From a virus (Duplodnaviria; Caudoviricetes): a DNA stretch of 24,823 bases. The stretch spans positions 1-24,823 of the IMG/VR virus record IMGVR_UViG_3300022922_000887; one strand, 5' to 3'. Shown one piece after another: positions 1 to 7,330 of the stretch. The position numbers and the translations under genes were made by a program. The first letter of the stretch is position 1, and each line of letters opens with the position of its first letter. Below the pieces are notes generated by a model. That model made no database searches. It saw nothing but the letters and a program-made list of their open reading frames with translations, and was not told the DNA's origin.

Positions 1-688
1 CACCAATAATTGCAATGTCACCAAATGATACTTTAGCACCAATGCTTTGTGACTCGTTGTCAATTGCACCTGATACTTCTTGCATACCTTTTGTGTAACC
101 AATTTTGATGTTTTCGTGAGTGTAGCTTGCACCATATGCTGTTGAATCAGTTGCGCCTGTTGCACCTGAATCCATGTAACTTACACCAGCTTGTATTCCG
201 CCGAAACTTGGAGAAATGTATGATACTTTGTCGCTATCTGCACCATATGTTTTTTCACCTGCATTCGATTGAATTGAAGCATTGGTGTATGTGCCAGTTA
301 CTTCTTCGTCCATGATGTCTTGCTCACCAATACCAAAGTTATCTGTAACTGCATCGTTACCACCTAGTATAAGTTTACCAGCCTCACCTGAGATAAAAAT
401 TGATGATTCATCAATAGTTGCATCTGCGTCTGCAACTGTTGCCATTTCAACAACCATACCATAGTTTAGGCCACTATCTGTTTTGTTTGAGAAAGTAAAT
501 TTAATTTCATTATCTGTGTTGCCCATCGAATCACCTTTTTGTGCGGCAATCTGTGAATCAACATCTTTATAATAAAACTCTGAACTACCAGATATAGTAA
601 ATTCTGGTTTGTTAACTGTGGCTTCTTGAGCCAAAGCAGTTGTACTCAGCAGTGTAGCTATCACTGCCAAAGGGGCTAGTTTTTTCAT
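1..688 (-). CDS. Outer-membrane porin (Gram-negative porin / Porin_4-like), 3'-truncated by window edge
   Basis: Not in the ORF track; translated by hand from ATG at 688: MKKLAPLAVIATLLSTTALAQEATVNKPEFTISGSSEFYY...EIKFTFSNKTDSGLNYGMVVEM...IDESSIFISGEAGKLILG...DKVSYISPSFGGIQAGVSY. Has a signal peptide (ALA|Q), alternating beta-strands and the porin-typical 'TDSGLxYG' and 'KVSYxSPxFGGxxxGVSY' motifs. Frame stays open to the edge; AAGGA RBS upstream. Confidence 0.85.
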   Translation of the reverse strand, partial: MKKLAPLAVIATLLSTTALAQEATVNKPEFTISGSSEFYYKDVDSQIAAQKGDSMGNTDNEIKFTFSNKTDSGLNYGMVVEMATVADADATIDESSIFISGEAGKLILGGNDAVTDNFGIGEQDIMDEEVTGTYTNASIQSNAGEKTYGADSDKVSYISPSFGGIQAGVSYMDSGATGATDSTAYGASYTHENIKIGYTKGMQEVSGAIDNESQSIGAKVSFGDIAIIG

Positions 689-771
689 AGTCTTTTATTT
701 TCCTTGATTGTTTAGTCTATAGTCTAAGTGGGAAATACATAAATTTCAACCACAATGTATTTAGTATAGAA

Positions 772-1050
772 CTATCTATCCTCTAGTTTTTTGATTCGTT
801 CTTCTAGTAGATCTATTTTCTTTGTTATACGTGGATAACGTTTACGCCACAAGTCTTCTGGCTCTTGTAACCATTTCCATCCATACTTTTGTGCAAGGTT
901 TTCCATAAAAGTGTCAAACTTGCTCATTGCCCAAATTGCCATACGTGTGTCTTTAAACCAGAACAAAAACGCCGCACCTGCTAAACTTCCTACTATGCCA
1001 GTGTATATCCAAAGTCTATCGCTAGCCATACGTTCTATCATTTCCCACAT
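772..1050 (-). CDS. Small membrane protein, one TM helix plus C-terminal coiled coil; unknown function
   Basis: Hydrophobic LWIYTGIVGSLAGAAFLFWF; C-terminal IDLLEERIKKLE heptads; AGGAG RBS upstream. Confidence 0.75.
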   Translation of the reverse strand: MWEMIERMASDRLWIYTGIVGSLAGAAFLFWFKDTRMAIWAMSKFDTFMENLAQKYGWKWLQEPEDLWRKRYPRITKKIDLLEERIKKLEDR

Positions 1051-1059
1051 ACCATGCTC

Positions 1060-1416
1060 CTATTTGTAAAGTATTGGATCCCAATCTACATTGTCTTGTT
1101 CTTTGTATTTACTGATTCTTTCAGACATAATACGATAGTAACTGTCAATTTCGCCACCCCATTTACCAACAAGGTGTTCTAGTGCTTGTTCGCAAAATGT
1201 AAAATTACCTTTTTTATAGTTCTCATAAAACTTAATATGTAGGTTTGCATACTCGTCAGTTTTGTTAATCTCTGACACTGGAATTTTATCAATAAGACAA
1301 TATGCAGTTGTAGCAGGCAATTCTGGATTGCTTTTAAACTTCATGTCTTCTAAAGGCAGTACTGTATATTTTTCTCGCATTGCATCAGCATTGTCTTTGC
1401 CAATAATTATGTTCAT
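1060..1416 (-). CDS. Hypothetical protein resembling the isolated C-terminal part (last cyclase strands plus TPR-like tail) of class III adenylate/guanylate cyclases
   Basis: The pattern IIIG...LPLEDMKFK...AYCL...YKKGNF...YYRIMSERI..Y...DWDPI parallels the cyclase tail 'IIIS...ELD.I.VKGK..IY...Y..g.w...Y.eRi......WDGV'. AAGGAG RBS. Confidence 0.5.
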   Translation of the reverse strand: MNIIIGKDNADAMREKYTVLPLEDMKFKSNPELPATTAYCLIDKIPVSEINKTDEYANLHIKFYENYKKGNFTFCEQALEHLVGKWGGEIDSYYRIMSERISKYKEQDNVDWDPILYK

Positions 1417-1445
1417 CCATGTCTCCTTAGTTAAGTATAGTTATA

Positions 1446-2240
1446 ATGAAAATACACTTCGATTTAATTTCTGATCTACACGTAGATACCTGGGATGAAA
1501 AATTCTCCTGGGAAGGAAAAGCCACAAGTTTGTATGCAGTCGTTGCTGGCGATATCAGCAGGGATAGATCACAAATACGTCCAATACTTGAAGAAATAAG
1601 CAAACACTATGTAATGACCATGTTTGTTGATGGAAACGATGAACACAGATGGACTTTAGATGATCTTTCTACAAGTTATAAAACACTAAAACAAGAACTA
1701 ATTGGTATTCCTAATTTTATTTGGCTTCAAGATGATTCTTTGGTAGTAGATAACATTGCTTTTATTGGTACCAATGGTTGGACAAGTTTTGATTTTGCAG
1801 AAGACAATACCTATCTAGAAAATAAAAAATGGATGGAAGAAACATATAAAATCAGCATGTTTGCTGGACAACAAATAGAAGCAATGGCAATGCAGGACGC
1901 TGGTTTTTTAGTAAAGACTGTTGACCGACTGCAACGACATCCAGACGTAAAAAAAATTGTTGTGGTGTCTCATTTTGTTCCTAATTTAACCTTAATCAAT
2001 CATGACACACAACTGGTGAACCAGCCATCAAGACTAAACACAACCGGTAATAGTTTTTTAACAAGATGTCTTGAAGAAGACCACGAACGTAAAATTGATA
2101 CTTGGTGTTTTGGCCATTATCACAGTGATGTTGACAGAGTCATTGATGGTATTAGATATGTCAACAATTGCCGCGGACGTGGTGGAACAAACTGGTGTAA
2201 ACCAGTTTACTATCCGAAACGTATTGAGGTTGGTTTTTAA
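1446..2240 (+). CDS. Calcineurin-like metallophosphoesterase
   Basis: Motifs SDLH, AGD, DGNDEH (variant of GNH[DE]), VSHFVP, FGHYH, and C-terminal RYVNNCRG. Confidence 0.88.
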   Translation: MKIHFDLISDLHVDTWDEKFSWEGKATSLYAVVAGDISRDRSQIRPILEEISKHYVMTMFVDGNDEHRWTLDDLSTSYKTLKQELIGIPNFIWLQDDSLVVDNIAFIGTNGWTSFDFAEDNTYLENKKWMEETYKISMFAGQQIEAMAMQDAGFLVKTVDRLQRHPDVKKIVVVSHFVPNLTLINHDTQLVNQPSRLNTTGNSFLTRCLEEDHERKIDTWCFGHYHSDVDRVIDGIRYVNNCRGRGGTNWCKPVYYPKRIEVGF

Positions 2241-2542
2241 AGATCAGGTTCTAGTTTGACCTGCAAAGGAAAACCTTTGCTTCTAGCACATACAGTAACT
2301 TCTACGCCTTTTTGTTCAGCCATTTCATAAGGAAGCACTGCAACTACTGCACTGCCTTTTTCATGAATATCTACAGTGATTTTTTCAGCGGTTGTTGGTG
2401 TATAGTGAAAAATATCTACAAGAGTTTCTACAACAAATTCCATTGCAGTTTTATCATCATTGACATAGATCAACTTGAATAAGTGAGGTTCAGCAATCGT
2501 AGTGCTTATTTCTGTTTTAACACTGGAATCTGGACTAGTCAT
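2237..2542 (-). CDS. clpS: ATP-dependent Clp protease adaptor ClpS (N-degron adaptor)
   Basis: KLIYVNDDKTAMEFVVETL...IHEKGSAVV...EMAEQK...GFPLQVKLEP matches the ClpS signature; AGGA RBS. Confidence 0.93.
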   Translation of the reverse strand: MTSPDSSVKTEISTTIAEPHLFKLIYVNDDKTAMEFVVETLVDIFHYTPTTAEKITVDIHEKGSAVVAVLPYEMAEQKGVEVTVCARSKGFPLQVKLEPDL

Positions 2543-2560
2543 GTACTTTCCTATTGTTGC

Positions 2561-2586
2561 TTAGTAGAGGGTTACCCCTCTACTAA
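2561..2586. other. Perfect 11-bp stem-loop between hsp20 and clpS (terminator or mRNA 5'-stabilising/processing hairpin)
   Basis: TTAGTAGAGGG-TTAC-CCCTCTACTAA. No clear U-tract; lies immediately downstream of a TAAGTA variant of the late-like motif (2587-2592, minus strand). Confidence 0.6.
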
Positions 2587-2599
2587 TACTTATCTTAGG

Positions 2600-3043
2600 T
2601 TATTTGATTTCAATAGTTTTTGGCTTAAGAGCATCTGGAATGATTTTTTCCAAATGGATACTTAGTACTCCATTTTTCATTTCTGCACTTTTTACTTCAA
2701 CATACTCTGCAAGATTAAACGTTCTTGTAAAATTACGTCCTGAAAGTCCTCTGTGTAGATATTCAATTCCGTTTGCTTCATCTTCACCGTTGATCTTCTT
2801 AGGCTGGTTGCCTGTGATTGTTAGTGTGCCATTTTCCATTTCTATCGACACGTCTGCTTTTTCAAAACCAGCAGCCGCAATTTCAATAGTATAATTATAA
2901 TCATTCTCTCTAATTATATTATACGGCGGATAGTTTTGTGTGCTGGACATTTCAAAGTTTGCAGTGATTCTATCAAATAATGAATCAAATCCAACTGCGT
3001 TACGATAAAAAGGGGCTAAGTCGAGTGATGTTATTCTTGTCAT
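2600..3043 (-). CDS. hsp20: Small heat-shock protein Hsp20 (IbpA-like)
   Basis: AVGFDSLF...NYPPYNI...IEIAAAGF...YLHRGLSGRNFTRTFNLAEYVEV..AEMKNGVLSIHL...KPKTIEI is the IbpA/alpha-crystallin signature. Confidence 0.96.
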   Translation of the reverse strand: MTRITSLDLAPFYRNAVGFDSLFDRITANFEMSSTQNYPPYNIIRENDYNYTIEIAAAGFEKADVSIEMENGTLTITGNQPKKINGEDEANGIEYLHRGLSGRNFTRTFNLAEYVEVKSAEMKNGVLSIHLEKIIPDALKPKTIEIK

Positions 3044-3050
3044 TTTTATT

Positions 3051-3099
3051 TCTCCTATTAAAGCAAGATTAAAATGTAAGTCCTATTAAGCAACTTACA
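3051..3099 (-). promoter_or_regulatory. ROSE-like RNA thermometer in the hsp20 5' UTR (two hairpins)
   Basis: Minus strand reads UGUAAGUUGCU-UAAU-AGGACUUACA, then UCUUGCU-UUAAU-AGGAGA, then AAUAAAA-AUG. The proximal hairpin pairs the ROSE consensus U(U/C)GCU (bulged G) with the SD AGGAG. Confidence 0.75.
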
Positions 3100-3103
3100 A
3101 TAT

Positions 3104-3134
3104 TATTTATACATGGAATTAGGTATGCTGTCAA
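3104..3134 (-). promoter_or_regulatory. sigma70-type promoter for hsp20 overlapping an exact T4-type late box TATAAATA
   Basis: TTGACA (3134-3129), 17-nt spacer, TATAAA (3111-3106); TATAAATA at 3111-3104. Confidence 0.75.
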
Positions 3135-3144
3135 TAAAAAAGGT

Positions 3145-3177
3145 AAAAAAGTTGCAAGATTTTCACCTTGCAACTTT
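3145..3177 (-). terminator. Rho-independent terminator after the FG-GAP lipoprotein gene
   Basis: Minus strand AAAGTTGCAAG-GTGAAAAT-CTTGCAACTTT running into a T-tract (TTTTTT). Confidence 0.8.
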
Positions 3178-3215
3178 ATAGTTAGAGGGATAGGAGTCCC
3201 TTTGTCAAATTTTGA

Positions 3216-5582
3216 TTAGAATGTCCAAGTATAATGAATACTTGCATTCTTATCACCGCTTTGACTTACGGCACTGCTAACTTTAATCTTAGTATTGGTA
3301 TCCAAGTTAAAGTTGTAGTTTGCTTTCAAGTAACCATTAATGTGTGTTGGTAACTTGAATTTGTGTTCTGTGTAGTTAAGATTGCCTCTAGAATCTACAC
3401 TGGTTGGAATGTTTGCTTTTACATCTCCATTGAGCAGTACAGGATGCACACCAGCACCTAATGCCAGGTTGTCTTTTTTGTATCCTAATTCACCCCATAC
3501 ACCAAACTGATCACTTACATCTGTAATCAATCCTTTGTCAAAGTTAGTCTTCACATGCATTGCACTTGCTCTTGCAGTAAAGCCACCTTGTTTGTATGTG
3601 ATAACATTGTCAATGATGTTGGTGTTTTTAACATCGCCCCATACCCCACTGAATCCAATCCAAGGATTGCTATTCAACTTTGATAAGTGAACACTGTAGG
3701 TTGTTCCATCACCAGTAAGTTTGTTTGCATCACTCCACATGTTAGTGCCCAATGTAAACTGCTGTGATTCTGTATCAGCACCTGCTATAACACCAGCATC
3801 ATTTACAGTATTAAAACTTGCAATACTGTTAAACATAGTGGCACCATTTGTTTCAATGTTTGATGATTCAAGGTCAACTGCATAGTTTCTGCCTATTCCA
3901 TCAAGTGCCTGACCAGTAACATCACCAACATCAAAACCATAAACACTACCGTTAAGAGTCAAACCATTCATGGTAAGTGTTCCGATAGGTTGCATTGCCT
4001 TGTTGATATCAATTATAGTACCACCAGCAAATGATTGTCCAGTATCTGATAGTGCCTGTGTTGCTTGTGCATCACTTAGATAGCTCCATGCATTCTGTAT
4101 CATGTTTATTGCAGTACCGGCGGCAATTGCAGTTCCGTCTAGTCTACTCATAAAGAAGGTTAAATTATTATCATTACTAGAAGAACCACCTGCACTGTTG
4201 GCCCATGTTACAAGATATTTGTTGCCATCATCTGCTTGAAATATGTTTACAGTGCTGCCATTAATATCAGTTAAACCTGATGAAGTTGCTATTGATCTTA
4301 CATCCTTCATAAAGTCAGTTAGTATGTTTTGGTAGGCGGCCACATATTTATTGTCAGATGTTTTAAGTAAAAACTGGTGGCTATTGTGTGGATTGTTCAT
4401 TGTGTTTGAATCGCCTCCACTAACCAATATATCAGTTTTACCATCGCCGTTGATATCAAAAAATCTTGGCTTGTATGTAGAAGAAGTATTGGTTTGATAA
4501 CCAATTAATGTGGTACTAGTTGTATCAGTAAATGTACCTGTGCCATCGTTTTGCATAAACTGAATTTCACTAAGTTTGTCATCTCCATTGTTTACTTTCT
4601 TACTGAACACAATCACATCTGCATAACCATCTTCGTTAAAGTCATGATTTGCAATTTCCACACTATGGTCAATACCAGTGGTACTGAAAGCAGGAAGATC
4701 TTTTTCGTGTGTAAATGTAAGTACACCACCCGTCCAGTCAACACTAAACATTTTTGTTGTATTAGTATCTCTACAAGTAGCACTAACAACGGCACATTGA
4801 GCATCAGTAAGAATGATTTCATTATTGCCGCCATTGTTCATAAAATTACCAATTGCAACGGCAGAACCACCGTACCTAGCATCACCAGCATTTCCCAATG
4901 GATCAACATATGCAGTAAATCCATCTACTTGGTTGTTAAGTGCGATAGTTGTATTATAGCTTTTTAAATCTGCCATAACAATATCAAGGTAACCGTCGTT
5001 GTTCAAGTCACCAACATCACTTCCATGCGACCAAACATCTGCAGTTGGAATACTGACTTTGGTAAAGTTTGATCCGTTATTAGTAAAAAACGTAGCAGTA
5101 TTATCAAAGTGTCTCATATCAGTACTATGTGATACAAACATGTCTTTTCTACCAGTTTTAAAGAAGTCAGCAAAATGAACATTAGGCTCTGTGCCCATTA
5201 TTTCATTGTCTGTTCCAGAAAACCATTGTGAAGTTTTATCAACTAGTTTTCCGTTTTCAAATGATAGCATACTTAGTTTTGTATTGCTCCATGTATCAGC
5301 AGTTGCAGGTTGTGTTTTTCTACCAGCAACTATTATATCATCAGCAGATCCATCACCATCTATGTCTTCAACGAATGTGTCACCAACGAACCATGAATTA
5401 TCGTTACCACCTGCCATTGGATCAACTGTTACTTGTGCAGTGGGTGTTGTATAATATATTGGATTTTCTGGTATTGGACTTGGATTGTTTGCGGTGTAGC
5501 CACCCCCGCCGCCGCCGCCGCAAGCAGATAATGCAGTGGCACCTAATAGTGCGGCCACAATTCTAGTGTTTTGTTTAATCAT
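3216..5582 (-). CDS. Lipoprotein with FG-GAP/VCBS repeats and a probable C-terminal outer-membrane beta-barrel (autotransporter-like)
   Basis: Lipobox LSA|C followed by a poly-Gly linker; repeats DIDGDGSADD, DFFKTGRKD, GDLNNDGYLD, DFNEDGYAD, DINGDGKTD; amphipathic beta-strand C-terminus ending in aromatic YTWTF (BAM signal-like); AGGAG RBS. Confidence 0.75.
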   Translation of the reverse strand: MIKQNTRIVAALLGATALSACGGGGGGGYTANNPSPIPENPIYYTTPTAQVTVDPMAGGNDNSWFVGDTFVEDIDGDGSADDIIVAGRKTQPATADTWSNTKLSMLSFENGKLVDKTSQWFSGTDNEIMGTEPNVHFADFFKTGRKDMFVSHSTDMRHFDNTATFFTNNGSNFTKVSIPTADVWSHGSDVGDLNNDGYLDIVMADLKSYNTTIALNNQVDGFTAYVDPLGNAGDARYGGSAVAIGNFMNNGGNNEIILTDAQCAVVSATCRDTNTTKMFSVDWTGGVLTFTHEKDLPAFSTTGIDHSVEIANHDFNEDGYADVIVFSKKVNNGDDKLSEIQFMQNDGTGTFTDTTSTTLIGYQTNTSSTYKPRFFDINGDGKTDILVSGGDSNTMNNPHNSHQFLLKTSDNKYVAAYQNILTDFMKDVRSIATSSGLTDINGSTVNIFQADDGNKYLVTWANSAGGSSSNDNNLTFFMSRLDGTAIAAGTAINMIQNAWSYLSDAQATQALSDTGQSFAGGTIIDINKAMQPIGTLTMNGLTLNGSVYGFDVGDVTGQALDGIGRNYAVDLESSNIETNGATMFNSIASFNTVNDAGVIAGADTESQQFTLGTNMWSDANKLTGDGTTYSVHLSKLNSNPWIGFSGVWGDVKNTNIIDNVITYKQGGFTARASAMHVKTNFDKGLITDVSDQFGVWGELGYKKDNLALGAGVHPVLLNGDVKANIPTSVDSRGNLNYTEHKFKLPTHINGYLKANYNFNLDTNTKIKVSSAVSQSGDKNASIHYTWTF

Positions 5583-5614
5583 TGTAAAGTCTCCTATTCT
5601 CTAACAATATAAAC

Positions 5615-5642
5615 AGTATAGCACAGTATTAGATAGTGTCAA
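5615..5642 (-). promoter_or_regulatory. sigma70-type promoter for the lipoprotein gene
   Basis: (AGG)TTGACA, 16-nt spacer ending TGC (extended -10), TATACT. Confidence 0.65.
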
Positions 5643-5862
5643 CCTTTTTCTTCATATCGGCATATTCACGTCTATAACTGTGTACAACTTCTTCTGTTTC
5701 TTTATTTGCAAAGATACCAATATCATTCACAGGATCATACTCTATGTAACTACGTCTATCATGCACAGGATGTATGAAGTCAGGTTTACCCCATACTCTT
5801 ACTGCACTAACGTACTCATAGCCTCTAAAACCAAAAAAATGAACTTGTTTACCTTTATACAT
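5629..5862 (-). CDS. Hypothetical protein (77 aa, MYKGKQVHFFGFRG...), probably leaderless
   Basis: The track starts it at GTG 5868, but the in-frame ATG at 5862 is 7 nt downstream of a perfect TATAAT and has no SD. Sequence HFFGFRGYEY.SAVRVWGKPDFIH..HDRR looks like a real protein. Confidence 0.7.
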   Translation of the reverse strand: MYKGKQVHFFGFRGYEYVSAVRVWGKPDFIHPVHDRRSYIEYDPVNDIGIFANKETEEVVHSYRREYADMKKKVDTI

Positions 5863-5868
5863 ACACAC

Positions 5869-5897
5869 ATTATAACCTAAAACGGCAAAAAGGTCAA
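5869..5897 (-). promoter_or_regulatory. sigma70-type promoter with an inverted repeat over the -35
   Basis: (AGG)TTGACC, 17-nt spacer, TATAAT; palindrome AAAAGGT-CA-ACCTTTT at 5888-5903. Confidence 0.75.
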
Positions 5898-5929
5898 CCT
5901 TTTCCTGCTATTTTGCATGGCAGTCATGC

Positions 5930-5936
5930 TAAATAC
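5930..5936 (+). promoter_or_regulatory. Late-like TAAATAC promoter motif directly upstream of the riboswitch
   Basis: Same motif as found upstream of several minus-strand genes; ends 5 nt before the aptamer. Confidence 0.55.
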
Positions 5937-5941
5937 ATATA

Positions 5942-5985
5942 CGTTCACCCGAAAGGGCGGAAGTAGGCAATCGCTGAAGGAACGC
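5942..5985 (+). ncRNA. Glutamine riboswitch aptamer (glnA RNA motif, glutamine-I class)
   Basis: CGUUC-A-CCC-GAAA-GGG-C-GGAAGUA-GGC-AAUC-GCU-GAAG-GAACG-C. P1 is CGUUC/GAACG, P2 has a GNRA loop, the junction is the conserved GGAAGUA, P3 carries a loop-E (AGUA/GAA), and the end is GAACGC. Matches the glnA consensus as recalled. Confidence 0.88.
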
Positions 5986-6016
5986 ACCTAACCATTAACT
6001 TAGGGAGGGTGACAAA

Positions 6017-6121
6017 ATGACTTACAGACCATTTTCTTGGAAGAGGTTTTGCAAGGCTCGTGACCGTGCTAGAGTTCATAAAATACTGAACTTTCGCATG
6101 CTATCAGTAAATGCAGCCTAG
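6017..6121 (+). CDS. 34-aa basic peptide downstream of the glutamine riboswitch (MTYRPFSWKRFCKARDRARVHKILNFRMLSVNAA)
   Basis: Below the ORF-track cutoff. Strong SD GGGAGG at 6003-6008, ATG at 6017, TAG at 6119-6121; fills the gap exactly up to the clpX stop. Confidence 0.75.
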   Translation: MTYRPFSWKRFCKARDRARVHKILNFRMLSVNAA

Positions 6122-7330
6122 TTAGGCCGCTAGTTTTAGTGGATTTTTAACTAGATCTGGAGTAATTTCAACTTCAGTAATATTCTGTTTAGCATATTCT
6201 TTAAGGCTAAACATATGCGGCATCAATATACGTTCAAGCTCGGCCTGCAAACTTCTTGCTCCAGTTTTACGTGTTGCCGCATTTTTTGCGATTTGTTTTA
6301 TAGCATCATTGCTAAACTTTAACTTTATACCATCTGTTTCAAAAAGATAGGTGTATTGTGCAACTAAACTGTTTTTTATGTCAGTAAGCACATAAGATAA
6401 TTGATTTTCTGAAAGTTCTTTGAGGCCAACCCATGTAGGAAATCTACCCACAAATTCTGGTATCATGCCATACTTTACTAAATCATCTGGCTCCATGTTG
6501 TCAAGATCACCTTCGTGATTTGTTTTAACTTCAACACCAAAGCCAATGCCTGAACCTTCAGCACGTTTTTTTATTACTTCATTTATACCAACAAATGCTC
6601 CTCCAGCAATGAACAGTATATTGGTCGTATCAATATCAATCATCTCAGCCTGTGGGTTCTTTCGATTTGCACCCTGAGCAGGAACCCTGCAAACAGTTCC
6701 TTCTACTATTTTGAGCAGTGCCTGTTGTACACCTTCTCCAGATACATCACGTGTAATTGAGGTATTTTCTCCTTTTCGTGATATTTTGTCAATTTCGTCA
6801 AGAAATATTATACCTCTTTGACATTTTTCTACGTTGCCGCCAGCATTGCTTAATAATTTACCAATCAGTGTTTCAACATCATCGCCAACATAACCAGCTT
6901 CAGTAATACTTGTTGCATCTGTGACTGCAAATGGTACATCTAGATACCTTGCTACTGTTTTTGCTAATAATGTTTTGCCGCAACCAGTTGGTCCAAGCAA
7001 TAGTACGTTTGCTTTATCAAGTTCTAAATCTTTTGATGTATTGTTTATTCTTTTGTAATGATTTGCAACTGCTACACTTAGAACAGTTTTTGCATCATCT
7101 TGTCCAATAACATACTTGTCTAAGAATGCTTTAAGTTCTGCAGGGTCAATATTTTTGTATTTGACTGCTTCAACTGTCTCTTTGGTAAGTGACTTTAGCA
7201 AATCGCCACACAGGTCAACACACTCATTACAAATAGCAACACGATCGCCAACAATTAATTTTGTAACAACACTTTTATCTTTTGTGCAAAAATCACACTT
7301 TGTATATTTCAGCTTCTCATGATTATCCAT
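6122..7330 (-). CDS. clpX: ATP-dependent Clp protease ATP-binding subunit ClpX
   Basis: C4 zinc-binding domain (CDFC...CNEC), Walker A GPTGCGKT, pore loop GYVG, Walker [23 protein letters not shown] ClpP-docking loop, GARSL sensor. Confidence 0.97.
   Translation of the reverse strand: MDNHEKLKYTKCDFCTKDKSVVTKLIVGDRVAICNECVDLCGDLLKSLTKETVEAVKYKNIDPAELKAFLDKYVIGQDDAKTVLSVAVANHYKRINNTSKDLELDKANVLLLGPTGCGKTLLAKTVARYLDVPFAVTDATSITEAGYVGDDVETLIGKLLSNAGGNVEKCQRGIIFLDEIDKISRKGENTSITRDVSGEGVQQALLKIVEGTVCRVPAQGANRKNPQAEMIDIDTTNILFIAGGAFVGINEVIKKRAEGSGIGFGVEVKTNHEGDLDNMEPDDLVKYGMIPEFVGRFPTWVGLKELSENQLSYVLTDIKNSLVAQYTYLFETDGIKLKFSNDAIKQIAKNAATRKTGARSLQAELERILMPHMFSLKEYAKQNITEVEITPDLVKNPLKLAA

Noticed and set aside
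3186-3201. Small hairpin AGGGA-TAGGAG-TCCCT as a separate terminator
   Set aside because: Only 5 bp, and a much stronger terminator lies immediately downstream on the coding strand.
5500-5521. GCC trinucleotide run as a phase-variable repeat
   Set aside because: It encodes the in-frame poly-Gly linker typical after a lipobox; unit changes would not shift the frame.
2237-7330. Bacterial chromosome origin, suggested by clpX, clpS, hsp20 and porin
   Set aside because: clpX lacks the usual tig-clpP neighbours and clpS lacks clpA; the surrounding genes and tight packing are viral.
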